From a virus, in the UHGV virus genome UHGV-1421865: DNA of 64,000 bases. One strand, given 5' to 3'. Position numbers and translations under genes: made by a program. The first letter of the stretch is position 1. The number at the start of each line of letters is the position of its first letter. Shown here in pieces: positions 37,613 to 47,627 of this stretch. The notes beneath the pieces were generated by a model. The model was given only the letters and a program-made list of their open reading frames with translations, was not told where the DNA came from and did no database searches.

Positions 37613-38371
37613 CTAGAGGCCACAGAGGGATCTCAATACGGTTTTGAATTCACCCGACATATTACATTTGTCACTGAGACACCAGTCGATGTAGCTCGGA
37701 TCGATTTTATGAATTTTTTGTACGTCACAACTCCGATATTTACCGAAATTGAACACCACTGCACCGTCGCGGAATGTCTTCAACGAATTGTCGGTAACGA
37801 TAATCGGTACCATTAAGTTATCGGTTTGCTCTTTTTGTTTATTAAATACTTCAAACGTAGCTTTCACGTCCGAAAGTGCGTCGTGGGCGTTTAGTCCGGA
37901 CTCTTCCATTGAATGGCCTGTGTATTTTTCATAAATACCTTCCAGGTCGGTCGGATTGATTCTGTTGTTAATCAAGAAAGAGTCGAAAATAACACGGTCA
38001 GTGAAATTAATAGACTTACCGTATCGTTTGAGTTCCTCGTTCAAGAATGGAATATCAAAGCTATTGCCATTGAATGTCAATACAGCATTCTCTTTCGGAT
38101 TACCGAAGAATTCAACAATTTGGTCTGCGACTTCTTCAAAATGGGGGTATTGTTCCAATTGTTTCGGTGTGATACCGTGTTTGAAATATGCACCCATACT
38201 AATCTTATAAGGTTGTACAGGTTGGATTTTAAGGTCGAGTTCATCAACTACCTCATTTGTTTTCGCATCGTATTTAATAGCCGAGAACTGGATAATCTGA
38301 TCCGTCTCACGATACAGTCCGGTACATTCAATGTCAAATGCGACGATATACTTGTAATTTTGACTTTTCAT
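37613..38371 (-). CDS. DEDDh 3'-5' exonuclease (DnaQ/RNase T-like; T4 DexA-like)
   Basis: Exo I IVAFDIECTGL; Exo III-like H-x4-D block GLNAHDALSDV. Confidence 0.75.
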   Translation of the reverse strand: MKSQNYKYIVAFDIECTGLYRETDQIIQFSAIKYDAKTNEVVDELDLKIQPVQPYKISMGAYFKHGITPKQLEQYPHFEEVADQIVEFFGNPKENAVLTFNGNSFDIPFLNEELKRYGKSINFTDRVIFDSFLINNRINPTDLEGIYEKYTGHSMEESGLNAHDALSDVKATFEVFNKQKEQTDNLMVPIIVTDNSLKTFRDGAVVFNFGKYRSCDVQKIHKIDPSYIDWCLSDKCNMSGEFKTVLRSLCGL

Positions 38372-38394
38372 CGTATATGAAAACCTAAATTGTT

Positions 38395-38470
38395 TAGCTA
38401 AAATAGTTTCACTTCTTGTTTCAACCTATCACTACTAATAGTCCACAAGCGTAAATTCGGTACTACGAAT
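38395..38470 (-). repeat. Second copy of the IS right-end-like sequence (solo; no adjacent tnpB)
   Basis: tagtttcacttcttgtttcaacctatcactactaatagtccacaagcgtaaattcggtactacgaatacct is near-identical to 26995..27095, minus a 31-nt segment. Confidence 0.4.
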
Positions 38471-38559
38471 ACCTATTTAATTTCTTTATTTATTATGCAA
38501 CATTTATCATACAACCTTCATAGAATAAATGTTGTGTTCTTATCTATATCCTCAATTGA

Positions 38560-38814
38560 CTATTGTAGTTCAATCACTGTTTCATCATGGTCCAATTTAA
38601 GCGCTTTACGATCGCCTGCCATAATAGTACCACATTTAGTACAGGTGAAAACTGACATAGGATAGTTAATATCTTCACCGGCTTTACCTACTACGACGCC
38701 CGGAATCTTCTTTACGACCATCGCAGGCATAAATACATCGTGTCCGCATTTGTCACACTTTACATTAGGATAGTCTCTGGGGTCTACCGACCTATTCAAA
38801 TTTGGTTGTTCCAT
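38560..38814 (-). CDS. Zinc-ribbon protein (84 aa)
   Basis: Two CxxC pairs: CDKCGH ... CTKCGT. Confidence 0.45.
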   Translation of the reverse strand: MEQPNLNRSVDPRDYPNVKCDKCGHDVFMPAMVVKKIPGVVVGKAGEDINYPMSVFTCTKCGTIMAGDRKALKLDHDETVIELQ

Positions 38815-38828
38815 TTAATATAAGAAAT

Positions 38829-38978
38829 TTAATTGTCATTGTTAAAAACATACGTCGATACAGCTACACATGTCAGTACAAATACACCCATTGCGTTTAC
38901 AACAAAAGAGTCTGCACAGCATAAAAGTACACCGATAGTGATAAAAAGACTCATAAAAAATGATTTGAACTTTTCCAT
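38829..38978 (-). CDS. Small membrane peptide (49 aa), below the track cutoff
   Basis: Manual translation gives MEKFKSFFMSLFITIGVLLCCADSFVVNAMGVFVLTCVAVSTYVFNNDN. Confidence 0.3.
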   Translation of the reverse strand: MEKFKSFFMSLFITIGVLLCCADSFVVNAMGVFVLTCVAVSTYVFNNDN

Positions 38979-39095
38979 ATCTTTAATGTATGTTTAATTG
39001 GTTTACTTGTTCGTATATTTGTATTATAGCGAACTTTGTGAGCAAAATCAGTGCAGTTACAATCAACTTGTAATATACATACAAAAACTCAAGAA

Positions 39096-39235
39096 AATCT
39101 CGTCTGTATCGCGTCGAAATCTTCTAGCCTTCACATACCCAGGTAAGTACGTTTGGACGCGACAGAGAGGCTAAAAAGTGCCTCTATGGACGTGTAATAG
39201 TTCAGCATACCGGTACACGCAACATAAACTCGAGA
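39096..39235 (+). repeat. Conserved structured intergenic element, copy E (divergent; compensatory stem changes)
   Basis: The stem ctgtatcgcgtc...gacgcgacagag pairs, whereas other copies use ctctaacgcac...gtgcgttagag. The conserved 3' block ggctaaaaagtgcctctatggacgtg is present. Confidence 0.55.
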
Positions 39236-39259
39236 AATCAACGTAGTTTGTGCACAAAA

Positions 39260-39618
39260 TCAGCCTCTCGCCTCGGCATAAACTATATCCTGTTTTGGTA
39301 CATAACGATTTCCTGAAAGCCTTTTACCTTCAAACGCTACACATTTTTGTTTTCTTACTTCGTCCCATACAGGATCCCAAATATCGGTTGCGTGCACATA
39401 ACATACACCTCGCAGTCCTAAAATACCGTCTTTCAAGTTGTAATACTCAGTACAAACATCGTATCCTTTATATTTTGTTGTATCAATATCACGGGCTAGT
39501 GTATCGTTAAGATTTATTCGTAGCACACCAATTGCCTCTTGTATGGTACTATAACAGTATTCTGAGTCATTTATTGCTTTTATTGCCGTAGTTATACTTA
39601 TGTCAGTAAATGGTTTCA
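39260..39618 (-). CDS. Small hypothetical protein (~119 aa from MMKPFTD); paralog of 24281..24580
   Basis: Shared KDGILGLRG and AFEG blocks. The track ORF extends upstream into element copy F, so the start is placed at the internal ATG. Confidence 0.4.
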
Positions 39619-39673
39619 TCATAATTATTTTTCTATAGTATAGTACATTTGTACAGGACAAATCAAAACCTCT

Positions 39674-39812
39674 AAAAATTTGCTCTCTGACGCACGATTT
39701 TTGTTGGACCTTACACATACTAAGGTCACTACATTTGAGTGTGTTAGAGAGCCTTAAAAGTGCCTTTACGAGGACGTTAGGTATTTACATACCAGTGCGC
39801 AAAACAGAAACT
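39674..39812 (+). repeat. Conserved structured intergenic element, copy F
   Basis: ctaaaaatttgctctctgacgcacgatttttgttggaccttacacatactaaggtcactacatttgagtgtgttagagagccttaaaagtgcctttacgaggacg...acagaaac. Confidence 0.6.
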
Positions 39813-39884
39813 GTCTAAATCAGTGCATTTTACAGAATCTACACGTACAGATTTTTACATATACAACAAATATAAACCGACACA

Positions 39885-42800
39885 ATGGCACGATCGTTAA
39901 TGGATACAATACGACAACGAGGAATTAGAACACCGTCTGGAGAAGAACCCGGATCCGAGGAACGCCCGTCGCTTGTAGACTCTATTATTTCCGGTGCGTT
40001 GGTGTCTTTGTTGTACGGCGTCGACGTATCACCCCGTGATGGAGACGACTTGTCTCGTCAAAGTCAGGCTCTTGGATCGAACAGAAACTCGTTATATAGT
40101 CTTATCGCAGATATTAAACGTACTCTGGAAAGTAGAAATGACGGTACACAACCTACTCTCGTTGAATTCAGTCCTACAACACAGTCTAAAATGGACAACA
40201 TCGTTAGATCGTTAGATAGACTAATTGATATTAAAGGTGTATTAGATACAACGGCTGTAGAATTAGAGTTTATACGTCGACTTTTAGAAAATTCTAATGT
40301 ATTATCTACATTGCCAGATAACAGAAACAGTATACAGCAATTAGATATTGTATTAAGATCCGACGGTAACGGTATAGATAAGTTGGTCGAGCTACTTGAT
40401 AAACTTAAAAATTTTAATATAGACGATGAAACAGCACAAAGACAGATTGTCGGTTTAACAGAAGTAGCTCGTGTTGTAAATACACTGAGTGATGTCAATA
40501 TAAATAGAGACGTACAAAATAATGTAAGTGTACTAAACGACATTATAAAAAACTTATCTAGTATACAAATACCGTCATCCGACACTAAACAAAAACAAAA
40601 CGCTACAGATTTCGGCGAAAGAATAACCAACATCATAAAAGCAATAAATAAGATATTTGAAGATGATACTTTTAAGAACTTAGCTAACAATATAAAGTCT
40701 ATAGAAGAAATTAAACATAAAAACGACCGCGACACTTTCGGTATCGGTATGATCGTCGGCTTCTTGGCATCTTTATCGGCCTTTATCGACAATGCAAATG
40801 TTATATCTAAAAAGAAAGTAAATAAAGGATTTAACAAGGTTTTAGTAAGCATGTCCTCTGAAATAGTAGATTCCCTATCAAAAGTAGCGCATAATATGGG
40901 ATCTGCAAAAAATGACATACTTGTCGTATCAGAAATGTTTTCCGGGTATGCTTCTTTTGTAGATACTGCATTGAAAATATCAGATAGATCGTTAGTATCG
41001 TTGTTATTGTTACATGTTAAATTAAAACTATCGTCGTCTGTATTTAATAAGGCATTTCTGGAACTTGTAACGTCTATAAAAGACATATCTATACAAATGG
41101 GTACTATCAGTGCCGTTACTAGAAGTGACTATAGACAACAAATCAATAACATTAAAGAAACATATTCGCAATTTAACGATACTATAGAAGCAATCGGTGA
41201 CGTTATTAGTATACGGTCGATGATAAAGACGATGCTGAAGTTGAAAGCGGCTAAGGGTACTGTCGACAGTGTTAATAAACTACTTACAGAAATGTTCACT
41301 GTTAGTATACCCCCGCGGGATGCTATGCAAGATCGTTTAGACTATTATATAGAACTCGCAACCGGTCTAAAACTAGTATTCGACGAATTACGACTAGTCA
41401 ACGACGCGGGTATCGGTAGACTCGACAAGTCCATAAAGAACCTCGTCGGTGCCGTTAAAGGACTAGATGCACTTGATAAAGTCGTCGGTAAGAAGACGGG
41501 TAAGAATGTAGGTCGTTTCATCCGAGGTTTCATGCACACCTTGTCTACTATCGACGAAAATGCCATCAATAATGCAGAGGAAACAAGTAAGACCTTCGCG
41601 TTGGTCGTCGGTGTCGCAGTCGGTGCATTACTCGTCGTTAGTGCAGCGTCCCTACTAATATCTTGGAAAGCTGTAGTAATGTTCGCTGCGGCGTTACCGT
41701 TGTTTATCTTAGGTGTATCGAAAGCGGCAGCGAAGATGAGCGGTCTTGATATTGACGACAGATCTATGAGTGCTTTTACTGATTTTGTTCTATCGTCTAC
41801 AATAGCGATGGCAGTCGGTAGTTTCTTGATGCGTTTTGTCCAACTTACCGACCTTACAATGTTCGTAGGAGGACTTATTGCTATGACAATCGGTGTCGGT
41901 ACGGCATATCGTATTATCTCCGCTATAGCAAATGCAGATACTATAAAGAATGTTGAAGCATTCAACCAGATGGTCTTGATGTCTGGTACAGTATTAGTTA
42001 TAGGTTCTTATATAACACAATATACCAATAAAGACGGTATATATAAGTTCCTCGGTATGCTCGGTGGCTTTACAGCCGGCGTCTCGTTAATCTATTTAGG
42101 ACTAGCAAAGATACTTAAAGACGACGTACTCAATGTATCAGAGCAATTTGTTGTGTTAGTCGCTGTATCAGGTGCTATTATGTTCGCCGGTGCATTGGTA
42201 TCTAAACTAATCGACCCCGTCGGTCTTATAACATTCACTGCATCGTTAGGTGCATTCTTGTTCGCCGTCAGCGGTATCTACATATTGCTGTCGAAGAAGA
42301 TTGGTAAGGAAGCCGTACAGATCGGTCGTGATTTCATGGTCTTGTTAGTCGTCTCGGGTGCTATCTTATTAGGCGCCGGTATGTTAATGCCTCTTGTTAA
42401 TAAAGAAGGTCTTATAACATTTACTGTGACACTCGGACTGTTCCTCTTAGGGGTCGGACTTGTATATAAGATAATGGGGTCTGTAGTCGACGACGCATTA
42501 AAGCACGCTCGTGACTTTACTATCCTCATCGCAGTGTCCGGTGCTGTACTCTTAGCCGGTGGTGCTATATTAGAAGCAATGGGTCCGAAAGGTATCGCAC
42601 ATGTTATACTGTTCGGTGTACTGTTATTCGGTTTTGTATACGGACTAACATGGATATACAAGAAGAATGCTAAAGATATAACCACTGCATTCGGTGTAGC
42701 GACAGGTCTTGCATTGTTAGTTGCTGTGTCCGGTGCTGTACTGTTAGCCGGTGGTGCTATACTTGAATTGATGGGCAAAGAAGGTGCCTGGTATACCGTC

Positions 42801-45800
42801 TTGTTCGGTGTCATGCTACTGGGCTTTGTCGCTGCACTAACATGGATATATAAGAAGAACGCTACAGATATTGCGATGTCGATACCGACGGCACTAGCAC
42901 TAGGTATACTCGTTGCTATTTCGGGTGCTGTACTACTGGCAGGGGGCAAAGTCATTGCCGATAACAAAGACATGTGGTGGGCAGTTCCTGAATTTGCGGC
43001 GATAACGGTGTTGTTCGTCGGCGGCATGTCGACTGTAATGTACTTATTAAGTCAAATAAAGGGTAATCTAGTCCAAGGTGGTTTAGCGATGTTGGCTATC
43101 GCAGGCATCACATGGTTGATGGGTAAAGCCCTCCAAGAGGTTGCCCTGGTTGCTCGTATCGCATCCGTCGATGAGGTAAAGCAAGTAATGTTGATAGGGG
43201 GTGTCCTAATTACGGGTGTGACGGCTATCGCCGCTGCATTGGGCGCTATCATAACAAGCGGTGTCGGAGCACTACTGTTGGGGGCCGGTGCCGCCGCACT
43301 TGCTGGTGTAATCGGCTTTGTATTCGCTATCAGTGAAATGGTGCGAAATGTCGTAGTGACAGCTACAATACTAAACAATGCACCTGAAATAGACTTTGAT
43401 AAGGTAAATGGTCTCGTCACCGGTATGTTCGGCATCGCTAAAAATATGGTAGAGGCGGCACCGTGGACGCTGATGGTGAAAGCAAAACTTGTGAGTAGTA
43501 CCATAATGGATCTTATCGGATCACTGGGTACTGTTGCTCAAGTAGTAAAAGACTTGGCAGACTTGAAGATTCCTATATATAACGGTACTAAATTATCCGG
43601 TTATATTACAATAGGCGACGAAACATTCGCTACTGTTGCCTCTAATATAGAAAAAATAATAACGGCGGTAACACGACCGCTTGTCGATACGATAAAAAAG
43701 AACCCAGATCTGTTCGGCACAGGTGATTTCTTCTCGAACCCATTTGTCGATACACCGGCTGTAGCCGCTGCGAAGATGGTAGGACATGTCGGTAATTCGT
43801 TAAGTAAGGTGGCACAGGGTGTTAAAGACTTAGCCGAACTTAAGATTCCTGTATATAACGGTACTACATTAACTAAGTATGTTACATTAGGCAACGAGAC
43901 GTTCAGTAAGGTCTCTACAAACGTAAAGAGTCTTATACTGGCAGTAGCTCGTCCGATTGTGTCGACTATTAAAGACAATCCAGATCTATTCAAAGAAGGT
44001 GCATTCAACGACAGTCCGGCTGTGAATGCGGCGAAAGCCGTCGGTGAAATAGGAAAAACGTTGACGCCGTTGGCACAGGGTGTTCAGTTCTGGTCGATGT
44101 TGAAGGTACCCGTTTACGAAGGTGAAAAGATAAAAGAATACATCACATTAGGAGACGATCAATTTGCACAGGTTGCTATAAATATAAAACGTGTAATCGA
44201 AGCTGTTGGCGGCGCACTTGTCACCACAGTAAAAAACAGTACGTTTATATTCGGTAGCTGGAACGGTGGTCTGATTAGTTCAGATGCACCAGCGTTGAAT
44301 GCGTCCAAGTCTATCTTACTGATTTCCAATTCGTTATCTCCAATAGCACAATGTCTGGCATATTATGCGTCTGGTAAATTCCCTATTATAACAGGATATG
44401 ATGCTCATGGCAAACCGATAATCGACTTGTCGACTACGATAACACAGGACACGATGAAGGTTGCACAACAGAACATCAAAGACGTTCTCACAGCTATATT
44501 AGATGTATTAAAAGACGTACAAGGCGATTTCGGAGGCGACTGGTTCGGTAGCGGTTCGGATGTAGAAAGAGCAAGTAAGGCTGTTACAGAAGTAGCGAAT
44601 TCGTTAAAGACAATGGTCGACGTCGTCGGTAATATGAGTAAAACGGACTTTGCAACTGTTAATGCTCAAGTAAATACGACACAGAAAAACATCAAGAGTC
44701 TATTAGAAGGTGTTGTTAGTATATTCACATTATTTAATAGTACAGCTAAAGATGCCGAGGGTAAAGACATGACAAACGGTTGGTTGAGTCGTATTTGGAA
44801 TGGTAAGAATAAGACAATAGAACAATTCTTAAACGACACTGCCGGTGATATTAAGTCGGCTATTGGTGGTATAGTAGATGCTTCTAAGGAAATAAGTAAG
44901 TTATTTACTGAAATAAGTGATCTTCAAAAGACAATTACCGATAACCAGAATTCAGTTACTAGCTTTATTAAACAAACACCTGTTGAGAAGGGTAGTAAAG
45001 AGATGCAATATGTTATTGTCAAGAACATAGGTAATATACTGTCTACGTTCACTGCGATAGTTAGTAGTATAGACAAAGAAGAACTCTCAAGCAACGCTTC
45101 GGATATTAAAACGATTGCTAAAGACGTTGATACATTCACCGACGGGTTCGGAGATATTCTAAAGTCACTTACCAAGGCGATGCAGTCGACCAATAGTTTT
45201 GTGAGTGCCGATCGCAGTGCGTTGGGTAACTTACAAGCGGTATTAAATGAATACAAGAACAGTATGTTGAAAATGGTAACTGTATTTAAGGGTATCGGAT
45301 CTGTTTCGATGCGAGATATTGCAGACACCACAATGTACCAGGACAGAGCGTTTAATCTACTTATAAGAACAGCACAGAACGCTTCGAACGCCGGAGGTAA
45401 CGGTTATTCTATCCTCGCGAAGGGTATTCTCGAGATTGCTGAAGCCGAAGCACAGCTTGGTCAGAACCAGACATTCGCTCAGCACGCCGCTGTCATGGAA
45501 CGGTATGTACAGACTATCAATGCGGTGAAGGTCGGCAACTTAGACAGGCTGAACAGTTTCGCTATCAGCTTAAACAACCTGGCAGAAAAGTTAGGAAATG
45601 TCGATAAACTCACTCATGCGTTAGCTGTGCATTTGACCGGTGTTCTTAATAGACTGGTTAAGGAAATAGAACGTGCCGAAAAGACCATCAATAACGCCGA
45701 TAAGATGCAGGTTCGTCGCTTCGATATGATCAAGAAATCTGTTAAGGACGTACAAAAGATTATGGACAAGAAGCTCGTTGTAGAAGTGAACCAAGGCATG

Positions 45801-46022
45801 GCTGGCGATGCCACATTAGAAGGCGGGGGTGTAGACTACGGTGGTACATCTAATTCAAGCACGACGATGAACGTTTCGGCGCCGTCCGGTTCTAGCACCG
45901 ACACTACTCCTACCACTAATAAAGCAAATAAAAAGAACGGTAGTATAGGTCTTACAGAACTCAACGAAGCACTCAGTGCAAACAACGACGTACTTGTTCG
46001 TAAATTAAAAGGTCGAAAATAG
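39885..46022 (+). CDS. Giant protein (2045 aa): putative tail tape-measure-like protein with N-terminal coiled coils, about seven tandem ~60-aa transmembrane-hairpin repeats and four C-terminal ~80-aa repeats
   Basis: TM-hairpin repeats (FMVLLVVSGAILLGAGMLMPLVNKEGLITFTVTLGLFLLGVGLVYKIMG x~7, aa ~720-1010). C-terminal repeats (LAQGVKDLAELKIPVYNGTTLTKYVTLGNETFSKVSTNVKSLILAVARPIVSTIKDNPDLF x4). Large size, alpha-helical and coiled-coil regions. No enzymatic motif recognised. Confidence 0.5.
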   Translation: MARSLMDTIRQRGIRTPSGEEPGSEERPSLVDSIISGALVSLLYGVDVSPRDGDDLSRQSQALGSNRNSLYSLIADIKRTLESRNDGTQPTLVEFSPTTQSKMDNIVRSLDRLIDIKGVLDTTAVELEFIRRLLENSNVLSTLPDNRNSIQQLDIVLRSDGNGIDKLVELLDKLKNFNIDDETAQRQIVGLTEVARVVNTLSDVNINRDVQNNVSVLNDIIKNLSSIQIPSSDTKQKQNATDFGERITNIIKAINKIFEDDTFKNLANNIKSIEEIKHKNDRDTFGIGMIVGFLASLSAFIDNANVISKKKVNKGFNKVLVSMSSEIVDSLSKVAHNMGSAKNDILVVSEMFSGYASFVDTALKISDRSLVSLLLLHVKLKLSSSVFNKAFLELVTSIKDISIQMGTISAVTRSDYRQQINNIKETYSQFNDTIEAIGDVISIRSMIKTMLKLKAAKGTVDSVNKLLTEMFTVSIPPRDAMQDRLDYYIELATGLKLVFDELRLVNDAGIGRLDKSIKNLVGAVKGLDALDKVVGKKTGKNVGRFIRGFMHTLSTIDENAINNAEETSKTFALVVGVAVGALLVVSAASLLISWKAVVMFAAALPLFILGVSKAAAKMSGLDIDDRSMSAFTDFVLSSTIAMAVGSFLMRFVQLTDLTMFVGGLIAMTIGVGTAYRIISAIANADTIKNVEAFNQMVLMSGTVLVIGSYITQYTNKDGIYKFLGMLGGFTAGVSLIYLGLAKILKDDVLNVSEQFVVLVAVSGAIMFAGALVSKLIDPVGLITFTASLGAFLFAVSGIYILLSKKIGKEAVQIGRDFMVLLVVSGAILLGAGMLMPLVNKEGLITFTVTLGLFLLGVGLVYKIMGSVVDDALKHARDFTILIAVSGAVLLAGGAILEAMGPKGIAHVILFGVLLFGFVYGLTWIYKKNAKDITTAFGVATGLALLVAVSGAVLLAGGAILELMGKEGAWYTVLFGVMLLGFVAALTWIYKKNATDIAMSIPTALALGILVAISGAVLLAGGKVIADNKDMWWAVPEFAAITVLFVGGMSTVMYLLSQIKGNLVQGGLAMLAIAGITWLMGKALQEVALVARIASVDEVKQVMLIGGVLITGVTAIAAALGAIITSGVGALLLGAGAAALAGVIGFVFAISEMVRNVVVTATILNNAPEIDFDKVNGLVTGMFGIAKNMVEAAPWTLMVKAKLVSSTIMDLIGSLGTVAQVVKDLADLKIPIYNGTKLSGYITIGDETFATVASNIEKIITAVTRPLVDTIKKNPDLFGTGDFFSNPFVDTPAVAAAKMVGHVGNSLSKVAQGVKDLAELKIPVYNGTTLTKYVTLGNETFSKVSTNVKSLILAVARPIVSTIKDNPDLFKEGAFNDSPAVNAAKAVGEIGKTLTPLAQGVQFWSMLKVPVYEGEKIKEYITLGDDQFAQVAINIKRVIEAVGGALVTTVKNSTFIFGSWNGGLISSDAPALNASKSILLISNSLSPIAQCLAYYASGKFPIITGYDAHGKPIIDLSTTITQDTMKVAQQNIKDVLTAILDVLKDVQGDFGGDWFGSGSDVERASKAVTEVANSLKTMVDVVGNMSKTDFATVNAQVNTTQKNIKSLLEGVVSIFTLFNSTAKDAEGKDMTNGWLSRIWNGKNKTIEQFLNDTAGDIKSAIGGIVDASKEISKLFTEISDLQKTITDNQNSVTSFIKQTPVEKGSKEMQYVIVKNIGNILSTFTAIVSSIDKEELSSNASDIKTIAKDVDTFTDGFGDILKSLTKAMQSTNSFVSADRSALGNLQAVLNEYKNSMLKMVTVFKGIGSVSMRDIADTTMYQDRAFNLLIRTAQNASNAGGNGYSILAKGILEIAEAEAQLGQNQTFAQHAAVMERYVQTINAVKVGNLDRLNSFAISLNNLAEKLGNVDKLTHALAVHLTGVLNRLVKEIERAEKTINNADKMQVRRFDMIKKSVKDVQKIMDKKLVVEVNQGMAGDATLEGGGVDYGGTSNSSTTMNVSAPSGSSTDTTPTTNKANKKNGSIGLTELNEALSANNDVLVRKLKGRK

Positions 46023-46107
46023 TACTTATCAATAACAAAATAAGACGGTCTCTGGAATGAACGAGATCGTCTTATTTCAGTTATATATCGACTAAACTCT
46101 AAACGTC

Positions 46108-46250
46108 CAAAAATCTCCTCTCTAACGCACGATTTTTCTTTGACCTTCACTAGGCTAAGCCTAGTATATTTGAGTGCGTTAGAGAGCCTTAAAAGTGCCT
46201 TTACGGGCTTGTAATGTATTTGTACGTCCCTGCCCAAAACAGAAAACGTA
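46108..46250 (+). repeat. Conserved structured intergenic element, copy G
   Basis: aaaaatctcctctctaacgcacgatttttctttgaccttcactaggctaagcctagtatatttgagtgcgttagagagccttaaaagtgcctttacgggc...aaaacagaaaac. Confidence 0.6.
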
Positions 46251-46322
46251 CAAATCAGGACAAAAAGTATGATTTATCATATAAAAACAGCTATTGTAAA
46301 TATACAAATATAGTAAATAAAT

Positions 46323-46883
46323 GTGATAACAATCGGAATCGACCCGAGTATAAACTCTACCGGCATCTGCGTTAACGAACGAGATGTGAACGGAAAACAA
46401 AAAATAAAGTTCTATATTATAAGACCTAATAACCTTACAAAGAAAGAACAAAATATCAAGTTGAGTAACTTTAAGTTCTTATTGTACGATAAGGTATCGA
46501 GTACAGACAAGCATGAAAACGAGGTGTGTAAAACAAGAAATTTATTATATATAACAGATCATATTAAAACAGTACTAAAATCGGCTGTTCGAAAGGTAGG
46601 TACAGAGAACGTAAAAGTATACATGGAAGGTATCTCATACGGTTCGTTACAGACACTTTCGGTGTTTGACTTGGCCGGTCTAAATTATCTTATTCGCGGT
46701 ACTTGTGAATCGCTTAATATATCATATACCATAGTACCGCCGTCGGAAGCAAAGAAGCACGCCACCGGTAAAGGTAACGCATCGAAGGAACTAATATCGA
46801 AAACTTTCTTGACGTTGTATCCTAAAATGGGTGTACTAAAGAAGGTAGACGACATCGCAGATGCCTATTTCATGTCTATCTAG
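46323..46883 (+). CDS. RuvC-like Holliday junction resolvase (phage type)
   Basis: N-terminal (V/M)ITIGIDPSINSTGICV (RuvC GIDPG-like) and C-terminal DDIADAYFMSI (compare DAADALAIAI). GTG start per the track. Confidence 0.75.
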   Translation: MITIGIDPSINSTGICVNERDVNGKQKIKFYIIRPNNLTKKEQNIKLSNFKFLLYDKVSSTDKHENEVCKTRNLLYITDHIKTVLKSAVRKVGTENVKVYMEGISYGSLQTLSVFDLAGLNYLIRGTCESLNISYTIVPPSEAKKHATGKGNASKELISKTFLTLYPKMGVLKKVDDIADAYFMSI

Positions 46884-46904
46884 ATTTTATAGATAAGTTT
46901 TATA

Positions 46905-47270
46905 ATGAAAGAAAAGAAAATTTTATATCTTTCACTCAAGAAAGAATGGTACAACTTAATCGATGACGGTGTAAAGACTGAGGAATATCGTGAGATTAAA
47001 TCGTATTGGGTTAAGAGATTGTTGTATATGACAAATGGTAAAATGGATGCAACCAATGTTGAGGATATTACAAATAGTATTAAAGAATTTGGTGATATTC
47101 CAACCGATATGTGTTTCGTGCCATATACTGATGTTTGTTTCTCTTATGGCTATATGAAAAAACGTATGACGTTTAAGATTGATGGCATTAGTATTTCCAA
47201 TGGGAAGACAGAATGGGGTGCACCTGAGCAGGACAAAGTATTTGTAATTAAATTAGGAGAACGAATTTAA
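46905..47270 (+). CDS. Hypothetical protein (121 aa), possibly an ASCH-like fold
   Basis: Small K/E-rich ORF. Assignment is weak. Confidence 0.35.
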   Translation: MKEKKILYLSLKKEWYNLIDDGVKTEEYREIKSYWVKRLLYMTNGKMDATNVEDITNSIKEFGDIPTDMCFVPYTDVCFSYGYMKKRMTFKIDGISISNGKTEWGAPEQDKVFVIKLGERI

Positions 47271-47494
47271 TGAAAAAAGATACAAAAGTATTTGGAAAAA
47301 TACTCCAAGTAAAGTATAATAGATTTGTAAGTTAAATGTTAAATTAAAAATTAAGGTAATGAGAGTTATGACAGTTAATGAACGTATTACCCAAGATGTA
47401 GTATTTTGGTAATGTCCCCAATTACGATACGTTCCTGGGAGAGGCGGTACATGATGATGTGCAATACCTTATTGATTCTTTGAAAGAACATAAG

Positions 47495-47540
47495 AAAGAA
47501 AACACGTAATGGAGGATTAATAGTCCTCCAACTTACATTT
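47495..47540. terminator. Hairpin ggagga-ttaatag-tcctcc followed by a T-rich tract, within the 350-bp noncoding region
   Basis: taatggaggattaatagtcctccaacttacatttgttttaatg. Confidence 0.35.
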
Positions 47541-47627
47541 GTTTTAATGTTTACATTACATAATTTTATAAGTTTTGTTGGTTTTAACCAATCATTATAG
47601 TAAAATAAATAAAAAGACTTAAGATAT

